A stretch of DNA of 62,977 nt, filler included, from Octopus bimaculoides (Eukaryota), in the NCBI RefSeq assembly GCF_001194135.2. It is 6 parts of 5 records of this genome, joined end to end, with 100 filler letters (N's around TTAATTAATTAA, not from the genome) between each part and the next. Parts side by side here need not be neighbours in the genome. Positions count along the whole stretch, not along the records: positions 49,642 to 62,977 come from NC_068985.1; 5 more parts are not named here. One strand, given 5' to 3'. Each line of letters starts with the position of its first letter. Position 1 is the first letter of the stretch. The notes beneath the pieces were generated by a model, which was not told where the DNA came from, did not search any database, and saw nothing but the letters and a program-made list of their open reading frames with translations. The translations under genes and the position numbers were made by a program. This document shows, piece by piece, positions 52,041 through 62,977 of this stretch.

Positions 52041-52358
52041 GGTGCGTGGCGTAGTAATTAGGGTGTTCGGCTCACGTGCCTACGGTCTTGATATCAATTC
52101 CTGGCGACGCGTTGTGTCCTTGAGCAACACACTTTATTTCACGTTGCTCCAGTCCACTTAACAGGCAAAAACGAGTTGTACCACTATATCGAAAAGACGA
52201 GCCTTGTCACACTCTGTGTCATGATGAATCTCCCTGAGAACTATGTTAAGCGTACACGTATCTATGGAGTTCTCAGCCATTTGCACGTTAATTTCATGAG
52301 CAAGCTGTTCTGTTGAACTTAACAGCTGGCACTCTCATCGTCGTAACCGATGGAGTAC
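52041..52358 (+). mobile_element. SINE family B copy
   Basis: ggtgcgtggcgtagtaattagggtgttcggctcacg head and gagaactatgttaagcgtacacg core. Confidence 0.8.
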
Positions 52359-55300
52359 TTGTATATATGTATATATANNNNNNNNNNNNNNNNNNNNNNN
52401 NNNNNNNNNNNNNNNNNNNNNNNNNNNNNNNNNNNNNNNNNNNNNNNNNNNNNNNNNNNNNNNNNNNNNNNNNNNNNNNNNNNNNNNNNNNNTATATATA
52501 TATATATCATGTACTGCTCCGCGATAGAAAATTCAACAAATAATTACTCCATCTGGTGAGAGATAAATATTATCTATTTAAAGGAGGACTACCCATATCT
52601 TTAAGTTCCACAATAGATCCACATACTAACCCTTGGCCTACCACAGACAATGTATATCACTGATTACCAATTTGGTCCAATGGATCCATCATTTTTCCTT
52701 TAATTAAACTTTATTCAATCTACCACCATTTCTTAACCACATTTATAAATTCTATCAGGTCAATGAAGAATTACTCTTTCTCACAAACTTAATAAAATAA
52801 TTACAGCTTGCACAATATATTATAAATTAAAAACAAATATACTGAATGTTGTTTTAAGACTAAGCATTCGTAGTGATTAAAACCGACTGAGGAAATATCA
52901 GGCGGGAATACTAGAATTTTGCAGTGCTTGGTATGTGAAGTTTCATGCCATATGAGATGGTTTGAGGCATCCGATGTGTTAGGAGTGAAAAACTCGGGCT
53001 GCCACGGAAAGATTGCGTAGTACTGTTGGTGAAATGAACAGTCTATATTGGCTTGAAGTGGTACAGCATCCGATACCTTTGTTATCACGAGTCTACGTAC
53101 CTCAAAGTTGCGTAGCTTTGTATATGACAGTTAGATTGTAGAACTGGAACATTAGAGAGAAAAACGAAAGCGTGTAAGATAAGATTGACGGACAGAGACT
53201 CTCAAGAAAATATATAAAGTCTACATTTATTGGTAAACACCTGGCATAGTTAGTGACACATACATAAAGAGGGCCAACACCAAAGTGAGGGATAAATTAC
53301 TCAAATTTTGAAGAGTTTGCATATTAAATGAAGACAAGATGGGAACTAGAGATACGTGAATAATTGATATCGATGATAATTTAGTTGAATGTTTAAAATA
53401 ATGAAATATGAACTATTTCGAATATAAAATAGAGAAGATAACATTTTTTTTTAAATAGTAGTCAGAAAATGTAACAAAAATAATAAAGACAAAAAAAACG
53501 TAACAAATTGTAAGAATTAAGTGAGGAAAATGAATATTGGGAGAAAATAGAATATGATTAAGGAGAATTGATACAGAAAGAAGAAATGAAATGTAGAAGT
53601 GGAAGAAGAAAACGAAATCACTGAAAATAAATAAATATTATGATGGCAAATAACAGTCTGAAGACAGGTGTAAGAGAGAAGCAATAAAATATTATTATGA
53701 GGATATTCTAAATGGAATAACGGAAATGATAATAACTGATTGAGATTATATTGAAATCATTGAGCATGAATGAGTGTTCAGCTTGATGGATAGCAGACGG
53801 AGGACAGATGACAAGAGGAAACGGTTGACTGGCTGAAGATGAGATTGGTTTGAATGGGATTAGAAATATAACATATGGAAAAAAATAAAGAAAAACAATG
53901 ACAGCATCAACAGAAGAAAACTATAAAGTATTAATGGCTATGGGGAATTTACCAAGAGGTAAAACCAAAATAAGTGAACTAAAAAAGTTGAGATGGAGGC
54001 GGAAGGAATTCTAGTAACATTGTTCAATGAATGTCAAGTGGGATCTGACTTTTTCAGGAAATTCCTGGAAATAATAGAAACAACAACAAGAATAGAGAGA
54101 TGGATGTGTTTTTGTCAGGTGTGTTTTGTGGTGTCACATATTGTTGGTGTTGTTTCGGAAGATTCTGACCGCGGGAAGATGATTTGTTACGTTTTCTGTG
54201 TGAATAGTATGCGCTGGGGATGTTTTTTTTTAGATTTAGCTGAGTTATTTTGTCTGTGTAAATGTTGTGAACAATTTATTGACACGTGTGTGCTTGTGTA
54301 TTTTTAAGTAGGCGCACATGCATATGTCTGTGTGTGTGCCTAGGTGTGCCTGTATATGACTATTTGGTGTGTCATTCCAATGCTTAAAAATGTATGGCTG
54401 AATATTTTTGTGATTTTAAAGAGTTTGATTTCAATTTTGTTACTGATATCGTCGAACATTTTTGTGCTCTAAATGCAAGAATTTTATGAAAAGGACGGAA
54501 AATTAACTGAATTGATGTCTCTTCTTAAAGTCTATTATTTTCTTTGGTGAAACTCTATTATTCGTAGATCCCCCCTTTCAAATGTCAGGTTGAAAACATT
54601 CATAGGGAACTGGGACTTCATAATGGCGGTTTTGAATTTGCGCAAGAAATATGATTTCTTAATAATTTCTTAATTATCTAGTGTAATCTAAAACTCCCAA
54701 GTAGTATGCTGCGAGTAATACTATTCAACAATTGAAATTAATTTAACATGCATCAATGCTGCGGCGCTTACAATCTATGAGCTGAGGAACTAATAACGAT
54801 GAATAACAAGGTAACATGTTATAGAAATACTAGAGAGGTGAACAGAGCTAAGGATTATCCTCTACACAATACGTATGAGAGTTATCTAGTAAAGAAATGA
54901 TGCGGTAAGTATGAGTGTTGGATAACTAGATTAATTTATATATAGATAGGCGAGTAAATAAGGAATTCATGAAATCCATCTAGCAAGGTATTCACAAATA
55001 TAATTGAAGAATACTTTTACAAAGGGATGGATACGAATTATGTGAGATAATGATAGCAAAGCCAATGTATTACTCTTGTTTCAATGAATATAGTTTAATT
55101 CATTCTTCCAGGTTTTGCTAAGAATTATCTGAATCAAGGTAATATATTTAAAAATGCATAAGTGTGGGACGTTTCACATACTCTGATACTGAAAGACAAT
55201 AATTAAGCCATTTGCCCGACTCGTCCAGCTTGCGAAAAAGCCAAATATCTTTCAAATTATAACGTTAATTTTTGGTAAAAAATGAAATATAGAATCATAT

Positions 55301-56274
55301 ATAAAATATGCTTTATCATATGTGAGTTCGCTAAGGCTAGCAGACATTTTATTATGACGTACGCCTTCCACATTTATGATCTGTCGGTGGATTAATCTTA
55401 GTTTCATACGCAGATCCAGAAGAAATACATTAGATAAGTAATCCTTTCCATTTCAACGGATGTACAATTTTCTTTGTGACAGGTGTATATTTAAACTTGT
55501 ACCACGTAAAACATAACTATTCTTACAGTTATGTGCAGTAGAAGATAGTGGAAGATAATACTGGTTCGAAATATGTATCATGTAGTTTGAAGATAACTCT
55601 GTCAATATTTGAACATCAAAAGACATCAAAGAAATGATTATCAAATTTAGCACATCGGTTTTATATAATATTATAAAGCTTAATAAAACTTGGTATAGTA
55701 TACTACGAGTAAAAAGTGCATTCGGGTAAACTTTGGGAGCATGGATTCGTTTTCTGAAGACGATGATAAAGAAAAATTCTCGTGAAGTCTTTTAAAAATT
55801 CTTTATTTGCTGTATGAAACTGAAAATATGTTACGATAATAATTTACCAGCATTAACATGTAATTTTATTACTCGACACAAAGGACAAAAACGGCCTGCA
55901 AAAGTGACACCGGGGATTTTGAAGCGTAAAATACAGTCAGAAGTTGCTGAAAGCATTGGTCTTATCAGTAGACTGCTGGACAGGGAATTTTCCTGTGTTT
56001 CAAGTTCCATTTACATTATTCTATCAAAACAACGTTCCCTGGTTCAAGATTCTGGTTTTGTTTTTTAGAAAAAGAACGTATCTCAAGGAATTCTATCTTA
56101 AACTCATTAGGTGCTTATCAAGGAAACCACAAAGTAAACCAGTGTTTTTCGTCCCCTTGTAAATCACGTTATGCAAAATATTGAATATGTGACCAGGAAA
56201 TCATAGAAATAAACTTATAGAAAACTATGGCCCTGTCAAGTGGATTAAGAATGTCATTATTTCTAAAATATTGG

Positions 56275-56468
56275 GGTGGTCAGCTGATAGAGTCGTTAAC
56301 ACGCCGGACAAAATATTCATCAGCATTTCGTCCGTCTTTAAGTGCTGAATTCGAATGCCACCGAGGTCGAATGTGCATTCAATGAAATAAGCACCGTTTG
56401 AACACTGACGTTGATGTAATCGACTTATCACCTCCCATAATATTGGTGGCCTTTTACCAAAATTGATA
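56275..56468 (+). mobile_element. SINE family C copy
   Basis: gttaacacgccggacaaaat...gaattcgaatgccaccgaggtcga...gatgtaatcgactta...ggccttttaccaaaattg. Confidence 0.7.
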
Positions 56469-59400
56469 ATAATAATTCTTTCACATCGTTCCGAAAAACT
56501 AGATTATGTCCATTATACGATTTTTTCACTCCAAACTATTGCATTTTAACAAGGAAACTGTCATGTCATGGATATTTCCAACTGACGTTCAGTCGATCAT
56601 ATTTTTTTAAGATCTTCCCATATTTTTATTTTTTTAATAATCAAAACATGAATTTTTTTTTTCAAGTATTTCTAAATTTTTCCATTTCAATCGCTTATCT
56701 TTTGTAATTTTCATTTATATGTTATTCTTAAAAACTGCAATTTCACATTTTATTGAATATCTCTCTCTCCAGTCAACTAGCTTTGTTTACTGTGGCTAAA
56801 TATGTGTTAAATAACTTACATCGATTTGTTTCTTGTTTCGTTATGAAAAGGAGAACTATTCACCAACGTAACATCACAGTGATTTTATACAACGATTTTT
56901 ATTAAAAGTTTTCAAGGAATTCTTAATAAATGTGCATTTCTATATATGCATATATGCATGTATACGCCAGTACATACACAAACACACAAACATTGACGCA
57001 GAAGTACACACGCATATATAAATGCACCTCATACATATAGAGTGTTATAGGAATAAATATTAAAAGCACGCGAGGAAAACAAAGCTGCATACATACATAC
57101 GTATGTGCATACAATTGTGCGTGCGTGTGTATATTTCTAAATATATATGTATTCTTATAAATCAAAATATCTCAGAGAAATTTTATTCAATTTCTTGAAT
57201 ATTTTAATGTATATTTTTCGTGAAATATTAATTTAAGAGCGATTTGAACTAGAAGAATATTATAGAATATTCAGAAGCCAGCGTCTATTCAATATATTAA
57301 ATGTCTATGGCAGCTGAGCGGAATCAGAATATGTATGGACAGTTATTTCCGATGTTATTTTTTGAAAATATTGTTCAGGTTTTTTCATTTGTTTTATCAT
57401 CGAAGAATAAGATATGAATGATTTAACTCTTTTTTCCATCATTTTTTATTTCTTCTGAATTTAATTCATAGTTACCATATTGAAGACAATAGGAACAATG
57501 TTATAAGTAAAATATTGATTTTGATATTTCTGGAATTATTAACCATTGTCACATCACTTTCTTGTCCTTTCAAGTCATAGAATAAGAAGGGATATTCGTT
57601 TTAAACAATCTACACATGCTCAACTTAAATTTAACACACATTTACTTTCTGTAATTGCTTGTCTAAGCCGAGGACTAGATCGGTTTGAGTTAAATTATTA
57701 GCAAATTTAGGAATTATTAATTGCTAAATGCACACTTTTAACTGTAGTCTGTCACCATTGTAAAAAAAGTGAAAATAGTTCATATGCGTGGATTTTATAA
57801 ATCCAAAATAATACCTGATTGCAAAAATTGTAAATGTAAATTGTCAACTATATGAAATGACTGTAAAGTCACAAGGACAAAGAAATCACAGCACATGAAT
57901 ATATCGAACATCAAATGTTAAGAGTACAATAAAATAGAAGTGAAAGACGGTGATACTCGGCCAAATCATTTGTAGAATGTCCATGCCATGGTACATCATG
58001 CAGCTCTTACGGCGTGTCATTTACGTGTTATATAATGTCGCTGTTATATTCCGTATCAATTGTAATATTCTAAAATTGTTGACTGATTCGTGATGGTTTC
58101 AAATGTTTAGCGCAATATTTTCTGTAGAAAATATTCCAGGTTTTCTCACAGAAAATTTTACTTCCTCATTTTATTCATGCCTGCCTACCTACCTACCTAC
58201 CTACCTACCTACCAACGTACCTACCTGCTACATACATGCAGGCAAACATTCGCATTTGCGCATATACGAACATATATACATATACACACACATACACACT
58301 CACGTATATATATATATATATATNNNNNNNNNNNNNNNNNNNNNNNNNNNNNNNNNNNNNNNNNNNNNNNNNNNNNNNNNNNNNNNNNNNNNNNNNNNNN
58401 NNNNNNNNNNNNNNNNNNNNNNNNNNNNNNNNNNNNNNNNNNNNNNNNNNNNNNNNNNNNNNNNNNNNNNNNNNNNNNNNNNNNNNNNNNNNNNNNNNNN
58501 NNNNNNNNNNNNNNNNNNNNNNNNNNNNNNNNNNNNNNNNNNNNNNNNNNNNNNNNNNNNNNNNNNNNNNNNNNNNNNNNNNNNNNNNNNNNNNNNNNNN
58601 NNNNNNNNNTATATATATATATATATATATATATATTTGCAATTTCGTTGCTCTGATGAACTTTCTGATTTAATTTATTTTTGTGAAGAAATTTGAACGT
58701 GCGCCTACATTATTATGGCGCATAAAGTGTTTCGACGAACTTCTACTCTCCGCAACTCGCTACTTTCAATTTGTTATTATCTGATCTATGATATTAAAAC
58801 TTTTAATCATCCTTTAAAATGGCATCAATTGAAAGTGTAGGCTCCCAACTTCTTCAATATTATTTCTTATGTAACAATTGCCACAATCATAGTTTCAGAC
58901 AAAGCGTTGAAGAAACTAGTTAACCAATGGATCTGTAATATTTACTTCATCACATGTCTCCTCAATCTAAATTGACTTTCTTTTACATAAGAACTCCAGC
59001 AAAAGCACAACAAAGACAGACAAACATTTTCTTATACATTTTTTTTTCTGATATCATAACCAGACAAAACTAAGAAGTATTATTTCATGCCCTTACTTTC
59101 TACAAACACCTGTACTCACATCATACACTAACTGCGTTACTCAAAATCCGCAAAATGCAGAAGAACAATCGATTATGTTGAACAAAATATAATAATATGA
59201 ACATTTTGTTTTTGTAATGTTCTCCAACTCATCTAGAAAAAAATGCTTTAAAAATCCCAAATATTTTTTTGGAGAAAAACTTTTTAAAGTAATTTTTTCA
59301 TGTTATTATTCAGGTGTATTGAATTCAGAGTGAAATAAGGTGTAGAAAATTACAACGTAATATTTACAATAATATCAATAACAAATGAGAATAAAAGGAA

Positions 59401-59615
59401 AGCAAAATGAAAAATATATATAATGAGAAAATAAAACACAAAGGAGACTACTACTATATGGTTGAAGTCTGTTCACGATATTTTTATGCCCATAAACAAC
59501 AGACATACACCAGAATCTCCCTCCAACTCTCATCCTTTCCTTACGCATAAACAATATATTTATATATGTATACATACATAGTAACACAGGCACAGACAAA
59601 CGTATGCATATATCA

Positions 59616-59657
<42 letters not shown>

Positions 59658-61194
59658 TTATATATACATATACATATACATATGTGTATGTATGTATGTA
59701 TATACATATTTTGCCGTATTGTATGAGTATGAAAGGATTGTTCAGCCATTTCTAAAACATCAGTTCAAACTGTGACACAGAAATAAGATTCCCATTATTA
59801 ATTAAACCTAATTTAATGAAACTTCCAGAGACAGGAAGTAAACAGACTAAACAAAAATGTAAATTTTGACAAAAATCGAATTAATATGAATAAATTAAAG
59901 TACGAGTAAACATGAGAAGAAGCTTTATTTTGTAATTAAAAAGAGAGGTGGTACAATGGTTAGAGAGTATCAGATATTGAGAGAGAGAGAAAAAGGGAGA
60001 GAGAGAAAAAGGGAGAGAGAGAAAAAGAAGGAAGGAAGCAAAGAAAGACTGAAAGAAAGAAAGAAGGAAACAAGATGGCGTTAGGTTAAATAGGAGTGTA
60101 ACGGAATATCATATAAATGTATATAACAAATAAAATATAAGGCGACTGTTATATTAAGGCGTACAACAAAATAATTTTCGTAGAAAAATTATTAGTAACA
60201 GTGTTAAAAATTATAACTATGTATTAATAAAAAATAATTAATATTTTGAATAATAACGATAATACGAATAATAATTGACAAGTTAAATTATTGTGAAAGG
60301 CGGTGATTTATTTGTAACCATTCCTTTGTTTTACATCTCCAGATTTTTGAATTAAAATTTTTTGTCCTCATTATATATTCTACACTGTAATTACATTATC
60401 CACATGTTAGTGGACTATATTTTATATTTATTTTGTTTTGTTGGTCCTGTATTCTAAAGAGAGATCAAGTGATATTAAAAAGACTTCGTTGAAAAATAAT
60501 TTTTAAAAAAGCGTCATGAAAAACAAAAAAGAAAAATTCAAATTTGTAGTAAATGGACGTTCATGATATTTAGGAAGACGATAACAATAAGACACGCTCA
60601 TGTGAATACAAATGCAAGTGAAAAGTGAGAGTACAATACTGAGAGTAGTCAATCAACAAATACGCAAACCAGCACTCGCACGCACATACATTCATATATA
60701 TAAGTGATATATATACATGTGTGTGTATGCGTTTGTGTTCATGTATATATGCATATCTATATCTATATATATATATATGTATCTATATACGTATATATNN
60801 NNNNNNNNNNNNNNNNNNNNNNNNNNNNNNNNNNNNNNNNNNNNNNNNNNNNNNNNNNNNNNNNNNNNNNNNNNNNNNNNNNNNNNNNNNNNNNNNNNNN
60901 NNNNNNNNNNNNNNNNNNNNNNNNNNNNNNNNNNNNNNNNNNNNNNNNNNNNNNNNNNNNNNNNNNNNNNNNNNNNNNNNNNNNNNNNNNNNNNNNNNNN
61001 NNNNNNNNNNNNNNNNNNNNNNNNNNNNNNNNNNNNNNNNNNNNNNNNNNNNNNNNNNNNNNNNNNNNNNNNNNNNNNNNNNNNNNNNNNNNNNNNNNNN
61101 NNNNNNNNNNNNNNNNNNNNNNNNNNNNNNNNNNNNNNNNNNNNNNNNNNNNNNNNTATAAATATATATATATATATGCATATATATTATTTTT

Positions 61195-61382
61195 ATTTGT
61201 TTCAGTAATTTTAACTGCGGCCATGGTGGAGCACAACCTTTAGTCAAACACATCCACACAAAGATTTATTTTGTAAGCATAGTAGTTACTCTATCAGCCT
61301 ATTTAGCCGGACCGCTAAGTTACGCAGACATAAACACACCAACATCGGTGGCGCGGGGACAAACACAGACACATACATATGT

Positions 61383-61422
<40 letters not shown>

Positions 61423-61610
61423 GATGGTGGGTGTGTGTGCATATATATATTCATACAACGGGCTTCTTTCAGTTTCTGTCTAAAAAATCCACTCCCAAGG
61501 CTTTTGTCGGCCCGTGGATATAGTAGAAGACATATGCCCAACTTGCCATTCAGTGGGACTAAACCCGGAGCGATGTTGTTGGTAAGCAAGCTAATTCCAC
61601 ACAGCCACTC
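61195..61610 (-). mobile_element. SINE family A copy
   Basis: Co-linear with 48660-49060. Confidence 0.8.
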
Positions 61611-62824
61611 ATATATATATATATATGTATGTATGTGTATGTGTGCGAGCGTAAGTGTATATGTGTATATAAATTCCGTTTTGTATTTGGATTGCAAGAT
61701 TCTTTATGTGAATTCTTGGGTTTTTTAAGAAAAATGAAAGAAGTAAATTTTTAAAGACTCGTCCTTTTTTTCTTTTCTGAGTTGATTACCAAGAAGAAAT
61801 TTATGTATGTGTGTGTGCGTATGTGTGTATGTGCGAGTGTGCACGTACACATGCACAAAACCAAATATCTACGAAAATGAAACTATCCGTAGCGAAATTG
61901 CCAACACTGAACAAATTTTGACATAATAAACGATTAGAATTTAGTGCGAGTTTATATACCGAATCCCATTAGGATGCTTTTCGTAACCCTATTAATGTTT
62001 ATCCAAAACTCATCATGAATTATCCGTCATTCATATCAGACTTGTGCTGGTTATGGGCTAAACACCTTTTTTCTACGAGGTGGTATTTTACATCTAGGTC
62101 GCTTATGAGTGAACAGCTTTGTTACAAAAGTAGTTCCAACTATAAATATGTCAACGACTTATAAATCCATGACTATATGGTTCAGTATCTCACTCGTTTC
62201 TTCTTTAATATGATATGTCTGCTATTTTTAGCAGCCTGAATGATCATTTAGAGGTAGCTACGTTTTCTAGCTTATGATTTTGTTGAAGATGCCAATGGTA
62301 AGAACAGACATTAAAGAGATAACCCTAAAATTTGTTATGAACCTAGTGTTCCAGTGAATAAAAATGTGTTACTGGTAGAATAACGGATAAATGGAAAGAA
62401 CCCATTTGTATTTCAGAATATGTGCTCTTAAAACGAAAAATACACCGCAAGAATAATTAAGTTTGAAATATTTTGCCGGAATACAAGTATTCTTCTGAAT
62501 ATAAGTTTTGTATTACATTACCAAGACATTTCAAATTATATTTTCTGCAAGGCTTAGGAATCTAATCATTGAAGAGAAACATTAATTTTGCACTACCACA
62601 TTTTCTTGCTAACGAGATATAGAGGTCTGTACATCGCTAGATATAATACAATCTTTACTATGTATCGAGATCTACTTAGTAAGAGCAAAAGAAACTAATT
62701 ATCGGTATTGTACAGAAGGATTGAATGGAAATAAACAACGGAAAACTAATGGACGAGACCAAGAACATCTGTTAGGCGTTTAATGTATCTGGACATTGAA
62801 TACTATTGTTATTGTTCTAGTTGT

Positions 62825-62883
62825 TGTTATAATAATAACAACAACAACAACAATAATAATAATAATAATAACAATAATAATAA

Positions 62884-62973
<90 letters not shown>

Positions 62974-62977
62974 TAAT
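62825..62977. repeat. (AAT)n/(AAC)n microsatellite
   Basis: Directly visible; runs to the window end. Confidence 0.97.

Overview
AT-rich, microsatellite-dense eukaryotic DNA with many N gaps. The SINE, RTE, mariner and Tigger content looks like an octopus (cephalopod) draft assembly; this is inferred from repeat style. Almost all ORFs in the supplied track are artefacts of simple repeats or gaps. Two host-gene signals are supportable. (1) A phase-consistent multi-exon gene on the minus strand at about 17.7 kb to 1.83 kb, encoding roughly 260 aa. It tentatively has an XPF/ERCC1-type (SPO16/SHOC1-like) fold and lies in a CpG-depleted domain that ends at its apparent 5' end (~18 kb). (2) One 86-nt plus-strand exon of an SLC20/PiT phosphate transporter at 40341-40426, with no sister exons visible, on a 2.8-kb piece bounded by artificial gap linkers. 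The rest is transposon fossils: three tRNA-type SINE families, RTE, CR1/L2-like, R4/Dong and Penelope-like retroelements, Tigger, a DD35E Tc1 fragment, mariners and MITEs. Several Penelope-type termini carry minimal hammerhead-ribozyme-like motifs. I found no convincing wholly new multi-gene system. The best leads are the unidentified gene, the orphan SLC20 exon, the hammerhead cluster and the methylation footprint.
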